64,000 nucleotides of DNA, taken from NCBI GenBank assembly GCA_045540755.1, contig JAZQHV010000082.1, forward strand, positions 125,750-189,749, written 5' to 3'. Below the pieces are notes generated by a model that saw only the letters and a program-made list of their open reading frames with translations, had not been told where the DNA came from and searched no databases. Numbering within the stretch: the first letter of the stretch is position 1; each line of letters starts with the position of its first letter. This document shows, one piece after another, positions 18,438 to 26,696 of this stretch. This DNA is from Eubacteriales bacterium (GTDB lineage: Bacteria; Bacillota; Clostridia; Oscillospirales; CAG-272). The position numbers and the translations under genes are program-made.

Positions 18438-19126
18438 AAAAAGTATTGATCACGGGTGCATCCCGTGGCATCGGATACGCAATGGCGGTTTTGTTTGCGC
18501 AAAACGGCTACCGTGTGTATGCGCTTTGGCACAACGCCATGGAAAATCTTGAAAACAGCGATGAAAACATCACCCCTGTGCGGGGTGATGTTTCTTCCTA
18601 TGCTTCCATGCAAAGCGTGCGTGAGGAGATCGGCGCGGTCGACATCCTCATCAACAACGCCGCGATCTCGCATTTCGGTCTTCTGACCGATCTTTCCGAG
18701 GAAGAATGGGATCATATCCTGGATACCGATCTCAAGTCGGTATTCCTGACTGCCAAGGTGTTTCTGCCCGATATGATCCGCAACCACAGCGGTAAGATCA
18801 TCAACGTTTCCTCGATCTTCGGCGCAGTCGGCGGCTCCTGCGAGGTGGCATATTCCACGGCAAAGGCAGGCATGATCGGCTTTACCAAGGCGCTTGCAAA
18901 AGAGGTCGGACCGAGCGGCATACAGGTCAACTGCATTGCGCCCGGCGTCATCGAAACCGAGATGAACAAACGCCTTTCCGATGCGGATAAGGCGGCACTC
19001 GCCGAGGAAACGCCCCTTGGCAGGATCGGTACACCCGAAGAAGTTGCAAACCTTGCATTGTATCTTGCAAAAGATACCTTTATCACCGGCGAGACCATCC
19101 ACATCGGCGGCGGATTTATGTTATAA
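18434..19126 (+). CDS. Short-chain dehydrogenase/reductase (FabG-like)
   Basis: TGASRGIG cofactor motif, NNAA, and YSTAK catalytic motif. The start shares an ATGA overlap with the upstream gene. Confidence 0.88.
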   Translation: MKKVLITGASRGIGYAMAVLFAQNGYRVYALWHNAMENLENSDENITPVRGDVSSYASMQSVREEIGAVDILINNAAISHFGLLTDLSEEEWDHILDTDLKSVFLTAKVFLPDMIRNHSGKIINVSSIFGAVGGSCEVAYSTAKAGMIGFTKALAKEVGPSGIQVNCIAPGVIETEMNKRLSDADKAALAEETPLGRIGTPEEVANLALYLAKDTFITGETIHIGGGFML

Positions 19127-19127
19127 C

Positions 19128-19162
19128 AAAAATGGCTTACTCGTTTGAGTAAACCATTTTTT
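19128..19162 (+). terminator. Rho-independent terminator
   Basis: AATGGCTTACTC/GAGTAAACCATT hairpin followed by TTTTT. Confidence 0.7.
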
Positions 19163-19329
19163 GTAAAATCTTACATCTCGGTTAGCAAGGTGAAAAAATC
19201 TTTTACACACGGTAAAACTTGCTTGCTTTGCAGAATGTATGCGTATATATCACGTGTATATCCCTTGAGGGCGCTACCTCTGTAGCGGATGTAAGAGGTC
19301 TTAAAAACTATAGTACTTTGGTGGGAAAG

Positions 19330-20625
19330 ATGGAAGGCTATAAAAAGATTATAACAGACGAGGGGGAGATTTTCCCCGAAGAGAAAACGGCAATTCAGGA
19401 TGCGTTCCTTTACGGAAGCTTTACTGCATCCGACGGAACCGTTCTTCCGTATCGCTACTATTTGCCGGAAGGTTATGAAACAAGCGGCAAGGATTATCCC
19501 GTGGTTTTGTATATGCACGGCAACGGCTCTCGCGGAACAAACAATACGTCTCATCTTGGCGCATACAGTATAAATACCGCAGTTTACGAGAGCGATCATG
19601 CGTGTATCATGATTGCTCCGCAGTGCCCGTCAAGCCCCTATGAGTGGACACTTTATTCAACGGTAGGAAAAAATGTCTATCCCGGCAGTGAAGCATATGC
19701 CGAGTTTCTTGAAAGCGGCGAGCCTTACGGCAGTAAATACTTCTGCGCAGCTGCTGAACTCCTTGATATGTTTCTGAATGATTACCGTGCAGACACGTCA
19801 CGTGTATATTTAGCCGGAGGTTCTAACGGGGCGGGTGCAGTATGGAACTTTATGGCACTTTATCCCGAGGTTTTTGCGGCGGCAATCACGGTTTCCGGCG
19901 CGCGTGCAACCGATGATTTTTCGCATGCAATTGCGCACCGTATGAAGGATGTTCCGATTTGGGCATTCCACGGCGATCTCGACACCAGTGAATCGGGCAG
20001 CCCCGTAGAAGGTACACGCTCGATCGTGAAAGCACTTCGTGAAGTCGGAGGCAATATCACCTATACCGAGGTTGTAGGCGGAAACCACAGCAATATCTGG
20101 AGAATCGCGGCAGAAACTCCCGGTATTGTAGACTGGTTGTTCTCGCAGACCAATGATTCCTTTGTAAACACGCTTTCCGGCGAAAAGGGTGAGGCGCTTC
20201 CCGCACCGACAAATCTGAAGTGGGACGGCACTTCTGCTATTTGGGATGCCGTTGAAAATGCAGGCGCATACAGAGTAAACGTCTACGTTAACGGCGTGCT
20301 TGCAAAGACGCTCTTTACGTGCAATACTTACCATGCTCCCGATTTCTCTTCCTTTGACGAGGGAGAAGTAACCTTTACGGTTCGTGCGCATCCTTCGAAG
20401 AATGCGTACAGCATCAGCGCGGAGAGCGCGGCAAGCGATACATATGTTTTGAATATAGGGGAAGTGGCAGACTATAACGGGGATGGAACTGTAAGCGTTG
20501 CAGATGTATTGATCCTTCTCAAGGCTATGGTTAATGATTCTTCTATCAGCAATGGGGATTTAAATAACGACGGCAAAGTCAGTCTAATGGATATTGTTCG
20601 CTTGTTAAAGCATATTATTAAATAA
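19330..20625 (+). CDS. Alpha/beta-hydrolase esterase + FN3-like domain + type-I dockerin, with no obvious signal peptide
   Basis: VVLYMHGNG oxyanion region, GGSNG nucleophile elbow, and WAFHGDLD. Two dockerin loops, DYNGDGTVSVAD and DLNNDGKVSLMD. The only upstream extension in frame begins at a TTG (19219) and is not signal-peptide-like. Confidence 0.8.
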   Translation: MEGYKKIITDEGEIFPEEKTAIQDAFLYGSFTASDGTVLPYRYYLPEGYETSGKDYPVVLYMHGNGSRGTNNTSHLGAYSINTAVYESDHACIMIAPQCPSSPYEWTLYSTVGKNVYPGSEAYAEFLESGEPYGSKYFCAAAELLDMFLNDYRADTSRVYLAGGSNGAGAVWNFMALYPEVFAAAITVSGARATDDFSHAIAHRMKDVPIWAFHGDLDTSESGSPVEGTRSIVKALREVGGNITYTEVVGGNHSNIWRIAAETPGIVDWLFSQTNDSFVNTLSGEKGEALPAPTNLKWDGTSAIWDAVENAGAYRVNVYVNGVLAKTLFTCNTYHAPDFSSFDEGEVTFTVRAHPSKNAYSISAESAASDTYVLNIGEVADYNGDGTVSVADVLILLKAMVNDSSISNGDLNNDGKVSLMDIVRLLKHIIK

Positions 20626-20628
20626 CTG

Positions 20629-20658
20629 AAAAATGCACGGCATTGCCGTGCATTTTTT
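20629..20658. terminator. Bidirectional terminator
   Basis: AAATGCACGGC-ATT-GCCGTGCATTT with flanking A- and T-runs. It overlaps the stop of the minus-strand regulator. Confidence 0.8.
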
Positions 20659-21754
20659 AATTCAAAAACATTTTCATGATGTCCAGCATTTCGTCGCGGG
20701 AGGGAAGTCCCGAGATCTGAATAATGCGTTTCAAACGGTATTTAATGGTACTTTCGGAAACGTGCAGGATCTCGGCAATGTCGAAATACTTGTAGCCGCG
20801 GATGATCAGCTTGAGCAGGTCGATGTCAATGGCGTCGCAGGCGGAGAGCACTTTTTCCGCAAGGAAGATGCGGGAGATGCTCGGGTCGTTGTGGAAGCCC
20901 GCCGGCGTTCCTGCGGGGGCAGGCGCAGTGCCGAGCGTTTCCGCGACGACGGGAAGGTTTGCCGTGGTATCACCGACAATGAATTTGCAACGCACTTTTA
21001 CGCTGATGCCGGAAATGTTCTCGGCGTTGGTGAGCAGATGGCACATCGAGACCGCCTGCCTGCCGATCTCGGTGCAGTGCAGGCGCGCCATGGTCAGCGT
21101 TTTTTTGCCAATGGAGCTGATCGCCATGTCCCCGAAAGAGCAGAGAAAGAGATCCTCGGGCACGGAAACTCCCGCCGCCTCTAAGTGATGCATCAGGATG
21201 ACTGCGCTTGCATCGTTGCAACAGAGCACGGCGTCGTAGTTTTTCCAGGCCGCGAGAAATTTTTCACACGCGGCGTTCATCAATCCGTCCGTGCCCGAAT
21301 AGTAGAACACGTCGTGCTCACGGCACTTTTCATAGGAGAGGAACGCATCGCGCTTGATCATGTCGGGGGAGGAGTCAATCGAAACGGCGAAGAGCGCGAT
21401 CCTATCCTTTTTATATGTACGCAGGTATTCGATCAGCTGATAGGTCGCCTCACGGTAGTCCATATATACGAAACTGGCATGGCGGTAGCCCTCGCGCGAG
21501 GCGCCTCCGATGACGATCGGCTCTACGCCCATGTCTGCAAGCAGAGTTGCTGCCTTTTCTGTCCAGATGCGCGAAGTAGAAAGGATTGCCGCGCAGACGG
21601 GCTTTTCAGAAACAAACAGATCTGCCGCTTCTTCTATAGAAAGCAACGTTACCGTGTCTCCTTTGCGCTTTGCCTCGCTATGGATCCCTTTTAAGTACAG
21701 GCTACACCAGTGCGTGTTTTCGGATTCGGGTTGGTATACGATATAGATATGCAT
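20657..21754 (-). CDS. Hybrid transcriptional regulator: LacI/PBP-type sugar-binding domain + C-terminal LuxR/GerE HTH
   Basis: The C-terminus LKLIIRGYKYFDIAEILHVSESTIKYRLKRI is a LuxR-type HTH. The N-terminal ~280 aa resemble periplasmic-binding-protein-like I sensor domains. The gene is divergent from the DUF5107-like gene. Confidence 0.8.
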   Translation of the reverse strand: MHIYIVYQPESENTHWCSLYLKGIHSEAKRKGDTVTLLSIEEAADLFVSEKPVCAAILSTSRIWTEKAATLLADMGVEPIVIGGASREGYRHASFVYMDYREATYQLIEYLRTYKKDRIALFAVSIDSSPDMIKRDAFLSYEKCREHDVFYYSGTDGLMNAACEKFLAAWKNYDAVLCCNDASAVILMHHLEAAGVSVPEDLFLCSFGDMAISSIGKKTLTMARLHCTEIGRQAVSMCHLLTNAENISGISVKVRCKFIVGDTTANLPVVAETLGTAPAPAGTPAGFHNDPSISRIFLAEKVLSACDAIDIDLLKLIIRGYKYFDIAEILHVSESTIKYRLKRIIQISGLPSRDEMLDIMKMFLN

Positions 21755-21854
21755 ACGGTATGCCCCCAAGGTAAAGTATAGGTTTCAAAATTATACACGA
21801 ATTTATAAGATTTGTCAAGACCAAAGTGCTAAAAACGCAAAACTTTTTTTGGTA

Positions 21855-21883
21855 TTGAGAAAAATGGGAAGGAATGGTACAAT
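21855..21883 (+). promoter_or_regulatory. Extended -10 promoter of the DUF5107-like gene
   Basis: TTGAGA, a 17-nt spacer, then TGgTACAAT. Confidence 0.6.
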
Positions 21884-21928
21884 CAAACCGTAAAACAAAA
21901 AATATGCATTTCCAAAGGAGAAAACGAA

Positions 21929-24900
21929 ATGGCAAAGAAGACAACTGCGCAGTTTCAGGATCTTGTGATCCCTACTTATAAGCCCGGTGCTTATGAGTCC
22001 CTGCCGATGTTCTTTGAAAAGAAGCCCTATCAGGGCGCAAGCGGTCACCTGTATCCGATCCCGTTCACGACCAAGATCAGTGACAAGAAGCAGGACGTGA
22101 CTTACAATGCAGCGATCCTCGAGAACGAGTACATCAAGCTCGAAGTTCTCCCGGAGATCGGCGGTAAGATCCAGCGCGCACTTGACAAGACCAACAATTA
22201 CGACTTCGTGTATCACAACGAGGTGATCAAGCCCGCAATGGTCGGTATCGCAGGTCCTTGGGTATCCGGCGGTATTGAGTTCAACTGGCCCCAGCATCAC
22301 CGCCCCACTACATATATGCCTCTGGAGGCAACCATCACCGAGCGTGAGAACGGCGAAAAGACCGTTTGGGTCGGTGAGGTAGATCCGTTGCTCCGTATGA
22401 AGGGTATGGCAGGTATCACCATCGTTCCCGGCAAGTCCTATTTTAAGGCAGAGGTACAGGTTTACAACCGTACGCCCTATCCGCAGCCTTTCATGTGGTG
22501 GGCAAACCTCGCTGTAGAGATCGACGAAAACTACCGCGTTGTATTCCCGCCGGATGTTGAGTGGGTCAACGACCACGACCGCCGTGCGATCCTCGAGTGG
22601 CCGATCGCAAAGGGTGTTTACCACACTGCGCGCCCCTTCGACTTCGGCAAGGGCACTGACATCCACGTTCTCGGCAACGTTCGCGTTCCTTCCTCTTATC
22701 TGGTATCCAAGGGACAGAGCGACGCTGACTATATCTCCGGCTACGATCAGGCAAAGGAATGCGGTATCGTAACCGTTGCAAACCACCACATCTCTCCCGG
22801 TAAGAAGCTTTGGCACTGGGGTAACCATCCTTTCGGTGACAAGTGGTGCTCCAACCTGACGGATAACGGCTCCAAGTACGTTGAGCTGATGACCGGTGTG
22901 TACACCGATAACCAGCCTGACTTCACCTGGATCATGCCTTATGAGACCAAGACCTTCGAGCAGTACTGGTATCCCGTAAAGAACATCGGTGAGGCAAAGA
23001 ACGCTACCATTGACGCGGCTATCAACGTTGAAAAGCGCGGCGGCAAGCTCTTCGTCGGTGTATACGCTACCGGCGAATACAAGAATGCCAAGCTCATCAT
23101 CAAGCACGGCGAGGCTACGATCGAGGAGACGATCAAGGTTATTTCTCCCGAGACTACCTTCACCAAGCTGTACGAGATCAAGGGTCTCGATATGAAGAAA
23201 GTTTCGGTTGACTTTACCGATGCTGACGGCGTAAAGCTTGTGGACTACCGTCACTATGAGCGCGGTCACAAGAAGCCGATCGAGCCTCGCAAGCCCGCTC
23301 TGCCTCCGCAGGAGATCGAGACCGTTGAGGAACTCTTCATCAACGGCCGTCACCTCGAGCAGTACAAGCACTTCGCTTACGAGCCGGCTGATTATTTTGA
23401 AGAAGCACTGCGCCGCGATCCCGGCGAGAGCCGTTGCAACACCGCAATGGGTAACATCCGCCTGAAGGAAGGCCGTTTTGAGGAAGCGATCGAGTACTAC
23501 GATCGTGCGATCAAGCGTCTTACGTTGCGTAACGACAACCCCTACGACGTAGAGGCTCTGTATCACAAGGGTCTGGCTCTCCGCTACCTCGGTAGACTGG
23601 ACGAAGCATACAACTATTTCTACCGTGCGATCTGGAGCTACGATTATATCGCGGCAGGCTACTATGCACTTGCAGGCATCGACTGCATCCGCGGCGACTT
23701 TGAGCAGGCACTCAAGCACCTCGACCTCTGCCTCGATGCAGGCACGAAGAACCTTGAGGCGCTCAAGCTGAAGGCAGAGATCACCGGCGATAAGGCGATC
23801 TTCGAGCAGATCAAGGCAATCGACCCGCTGTTCGACGTACTGCCCGACAAGCACGAGTACTACATCGACCGTGCGATCGAGTACATGAACGCAGGTATGA
23901 ACGATAAGGCTATCGCGATCCTGAAGAAAGCAAGTAGCAAGGCTCCGCTTGTTAACTACTACCTCGGTTACCTCACCGGTGACAAGAAGTACTATGACAA
24001 GGCAGATAAGTGTGACTGGTCCTGCGCATTCCCCGCGCGTCTCGATGACATTGCGGTTCTCAAGGCTGCAAATACCGGTATGGCGAAGTACTACCTCGGC
24101 TGTCTCTACTATGACAGACGCCGCTATGAGGACGCGATCGCTATGTGGGAAGCGGCTGACAAGGAAGTTGGCGGTCTTGCACCCGCATGCCGTAACCTCG
24201 GTCTTGCTTACTTTGATAAGCGTGAGGACTTCACCGGTGCGGAAAAGATGCTCTTCAAGGCACTTGAGCTCGACAACGGTAAGAACGACCGTATCTTCTT
24301 CGAGCTTGCACAACTCTACAAGAACGGCGGCAAGAGTGTAGAAGAGAGACTTGCTCTTCACGAAAAGTATGCAAAGCTCAGCGCAATGCGTGACGACTGC
24401 ACGCTCGATCACTCCATCCTGCTCACCGAGCTCGGCAGATATGACGAGGCAAAGGCACTGTTGGATGATCACTGGTTCCACACCTACGAGGGCGGCGAGG
24501 GTAACCTCACCCGTCACCATGCATGGCTGATGACCCTCATCGGCAAGAAGCTTGCAGAAGAAGGCGACCTCAAGGGTGCGATCGATGCTTACAAGAACGG
24601 CTACGTATTCCCGCTTTGCTACGGCGAGGAAAAGAACTACTTCGCACAGGAAAGCCACCTGAACTACGGCCTGGCAATGGCATACAAGGCATCGGGCAAC
24701 AAGCGTGAGTATGAGAAGATGCTGAAGGCGGCAATGCAGGATACTGCGGCACCCTCCGAGATCAGCTACTTCCGCGTACTGGCTATGTATGAGGCTGGCG
24801 AGATCACCGCGGCAAGAAACCTTGCTGAGGAAATGATCGCAAAGGGTGAGCAGACCATCCGCGATAAGGATGTCAATGCATACTACGGCGTTGGTTCGCC

Positions 24901-25081
24901 CTGTCCTTGCCCGTTCGAGTACAACTTCCCGAAGATCAACACGGTCAAGGGTCTTGTACTGCGCGCATTCGGTAAGCTTGCGCTTGGCAGAGTTATTGAG
25001 GCGAAGGTAGATATTGAGGCGGCAAGACAGTTGGATGTGACCAACTTTGCTGTAGCAATGTTCGATCTTTTCTGCAAATAA
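21929..25081 (+). CDS. 1050-aa cytoplasmic protein: DUF5107-like N-domain + long TPR region
   Basis: AAAGGAG RBS and no signal peptide. The N-terminal region (PIPF...EYIKLEVLPEIGGKI...GGIEFNWPQHHRP) looks like a DUF5107/aldose-epimerase-like fold (from memory). Multiple TPR-like repeats follow (A..YY..A....P). Codon usage is very biased. Confidence 0.85.
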   Translation: MAKKTTAQFQDLVIPTYKPGAYESLPMFFEKKPYQGASGHLYPIPFTTKISDKKQDVTYNAAILENEYIKLEVLPEIGGKIQRALDKTNNYDFVYHNEVIKPAMVGIAGPWVSGGIEFNWPQHHRPTTYMPLEATITERENGEKTVWVGEVDPLLRMKGMAGITIVPGKSYFKAEVQVYNRTPYPQPFMWWANLAVEIDENYRVVFPPDVEWVNDHDRRAILEWPIAKGVYHTARPFDFGKGTDIHVLGNVRVPSSYLVSKGQSDADYISGYDQAKECGIVTVANHHISPGKKLWHWGNHPFGDKWCSNLTDNGSKYVELMTGVYTDNQPDFTWIMPYETKTFEQYWYPVKNIGEAKNATIDAAINVEKRGGKLFVGVYATGEYKNAKLIIKHGEATIEETIKVISPETTFTKLYEIKGLDMKKVSVDFTDADGVKLVDYRHYERGHKKPIEPRKPALPPQEIETVEELFINGRHLEQYKHFAYEPADYFEEALRRDPGESRCNTAMGNIRLKEGRFEEAIEYYDRAIKRLTLRNDNPYDVEALYHKGLALRYLGRLDEAYNYFYRAIWSYDYIAAGYYALAGIDCIRGDFEQALKHLDLCLDAGTKNLEALKLKAEITGDKAIFEQIKAIDPLFDVLPDKHEYYIDRAIEYMNAGMNDKAIAILKKASSKAPLVNYYLGYLTGDKKYYDKADKCDWSCAFPARLDDIAVLKAANTGMAKYYLGCLYYDRRRYEDAIAMWEAADKEVGGLAPACRNLGLAYFDKREDFTGAEKMLFKALELDNGKNDRIFFELAQLYKNGGKSVEERLALHEKYAKLSAMRDDCTLDHSILLTELGRYDEAKALLDDHWFHTYEGGEGNLTRHHAWLMTLIGKKLAEEGDLKGAIDAYKNGYVFPLCYGEEKNYFAQESHLNYGLAMAYKASGNKREYEKMLKAAMQDTAAPSEISYFRVLAMYEAGEITAARNLAEEMIAKGEQTIRDKDVNAYYGVGSPCPCPFEYNFPKINTVKGLVLRAFGKLALGRVIEAKVDIEAARQLDVTNFAVAMFDLFCK

Positions 25082-25145
25082 AGCAAATACTGTTTTTGTA
25101 CGAAAATTTTCATCTTTTTGTTGAAAAATATAGTGACAAAACACA

Positions 25146-25178
25146 AACAATGGGTGTATAATATATACATCCATTGTT
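25146..25178. promoter_or_regulatory. 33-bp near-perfect palindrome overlapping a TATAAT box (candidate operator)
   Basis: AACAATGGGTGTATAATATATACATCCATTGTT has 14 of 16 arm positions complementary. It is centred on 25162, and the TATAAT lies at 25157-25162. Confidence 0.5.
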
Positions 25179-25212
25179 GCTTTTGAGCAAAACAAAAAAT
25201 TGGAGGGTACAT

Positions 25213-26553
25213 ATGAAAAAGTATCTTGGCATTCTTCTTGCTGCACTTCTGTGTGTAGCGATGGCTTGTGCTGCTTCTGCGGCTGACGTTTACGTCAATG
25301 ACGGCGGCACGGGCGACGGTTCGAGTGCTTCGGCACCTATGGGCAGCATGACCGATGCGATCAACAAGATCGCGGCTACAGGCGGTACGGTCCACATCGT
25401 GGACGTATACACTTGCGCAGACGAATATTATGAGCCCACGCATGATGGCGACATCGTCATCGACGGCGGCAGATACGTCTTCACCAACGGCAAGTACAAC
25501 CGCTGGTTCCTCAGCGGCCCCGGCTCCACCACGTTCCAGAACATTACTTTCGAGTACGGTGCAGGCTCTACCGCACTTTTCCTCGGCCAGTTTAACGAGA
25601 TGATCTTCGGTGAGGGTATTACTTTCCCGAACGGTCCGAGTGACAAGTGCTATGTTGTCGGCGGTTACCAGAGCCCCGATCAGATGGAAAACCCTGATCT
25701 GGGTCGCGATACCCACATCACCGTCAAGAGCGGCAATTACTGGGCAGTTGCAGGCTTTAACCGCGGCGCAGGTGAGATCGAATTCACCGGTACCTCGCAC
25801 ATCAATATCGAGGGCGGCGAGATCGAGACCGCTTACGGTGCAAATATCAATGGTTACTATGCAGGCAACACCGTGATCAATGTGACCGGCGGCTCTATCG
25901 GCAATCTCCGCCTCGGCGGTGACGCTACCCGCCGTATCAACGGCAATGCTGAGGCTACCATCAGCGGCGGCATGATCGGTCTGCTTTCCGTCAATAACAT
26001 CATGGGCACCGCAGTTGTCAACTATAAGGGCGGTATGATCGCCAGCGGTGAAAAGACCGTTTCTGAAAATCTGATTCCGTTGGTCGTGGACGGCACCGCT
26101 ACGCTGAACGCTTCTCCTAATGTAGAGGCAAGAATGCTTGCGCTCTCGTTTGACGTTGTGAACTACGTTGCAGACGGCGAAACGCCTCCTCCTGCGGCCA
26201 CCAAGGCTCCCGAGGTGACTACGGTTCCCGCAGAGACCACCGCGGCACCTGTCGTTGCGACTGAGGCTCCCACGGAGACGACCGTTGCACCCGCAGAGAC
26301 GACCGTTGCACCCGCAGAAACGACCGTAGCTCCCGTTGAAACGACTGTAGCTCCCGTTGAAACGACCGCGGCACCCGTAGAGACCACCGCGGCACCCGTA
26401 GAGACCACTGCGGCACCCGTTGAAACGACTGCGGCTCCCGCAACCACTGCACCCGCAGAGGAGGGCGCACCCGTTGGTTTGATCGTTGGCATCGTGGCGG
26501 CAGTTGTCGTTTTGGCGGCGATCGTTGCTATTGTTGTAAAGAAGAAAAAGTAA
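25213..26553 (+). CDS. Surface protein: signal peptide + beta-helix-like module + Thr/Pro-rich heptad repeats + C-terminal TM anchor with a KKKK tail
   Basis: GGAGGG RBS and signal peptide MKKYLGILLAALLCVAMACAASA. The module is homologous to those in the dockerin proteins (VYVNDGGTGDGSS...ITVKSGNYWAVAGFNR). The tail is APAEEGAPVGLIVGIVAAVVVLAAIVAIVVKKKK. Confidence 0.9.
   Translation: MKKYLGILLAALLCVAMACAASAADVYVNDGGTGDGSSASAPMGSMTDAINKIAATGGTVHIVDVYTCADEYYEPTHDGDIVIDGGRYVFTNGKYNRWFLSGPGSTTFQNITFEYGAGSTALFLGQFNEMIFGEGITFPNGPSDKCYVVGGYQSPDQMENPDLGRDTHITVKSGNYWAVAGFNRGAGEIEFTGTSHINIEGGEIETAYGANINGYYAGNTVINVTGGSIGNLRLGGDATRRINGNAEATISGGMIGLLSVNNIMGTAVVNYKGGMIASGEKTVSENLIPLVVDGTATLNASPNVEARMLALSFDVVNYVADGETPPPAATKAPEVTTVPAETTAAPVVATEAPTETTVAPAETTVAPAETTVAPVETTVAPVETTAAPVETTAAPVETTAAPVETTAAPATTAPAEEGAPVGLIVGIVAAVVVLAAIVAIVVKKKK
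26226..26440 (+). repeat. In-frame 21-bp tandem repeats (about 10 units) encoding AP(A/V)ETT(V/A)
   Basis: Direct reading shows ...GCACCCGCAGAGACGACCGTT GCACCCGCAGAAACGACCGTA GCTCCCGTTGAAACGACTGTA..., with only synonymous or near-synonymous drift between units. Confidence 0.9.
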
Positions 26554-26560
26554 TCCGTAT

Positions 26561-26594
26561 AAAAAGCAAGATCCGAGAGGATCTTGCTTTTTTA
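26561..26594 (+). terminator. Rho-independent terminator
   Basis: AAGCAAGATCC-GAGAG-GGATCTTGCTT followed by TTTTT. Confidence 0.8.
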
Positions 26595-26696
26595 ATAATA
26601 TCGGTGTAAAAAATTGAACAATCTGTAAAAACAGTGGAAATTTTTCAGAAAAAGTTTTATACTGAAAGTATCAAACTATACAAAGGAGATCATACC

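Noticed and set aside
19127-19329. A possible riboswitch or leader in the ~200-nt region upstream of the esterase gene.
   Set aside because: I recognised no conserved riboswitch core motifs and no terminator/antiterminator alternative. It is probably just promoter and 5' UTR sequence.
21815-25246. A 1143-aa ORF on the minus strand, longer than the plus-strand gene it overlaps.
   Set aside because: It is in exact codon register with the plus-strand DUF5107/TPR gene, so it is stop-free simply because the sense gene lacks TTA, CTA and TCA codons. Its translation is Val/Leu/Cys-rich with no motif, RBS or signal. The plus-strand product has recognisable domains, an RBS and a promoter.
26163-26492. 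Minus-strand ORFs with GAAVVSTGAAVVST periodicity, and the question of whether the 21-bp repeats could be a CRISPR array.
   Set aside because: The ORFs are reverse complements of the in-frame Thr/Pro stalk repeats of a clear plus-strand gene. The units are contiguous with no spacers, only 21 bp long, and inside a CDS, so this is not a CRISPR array.
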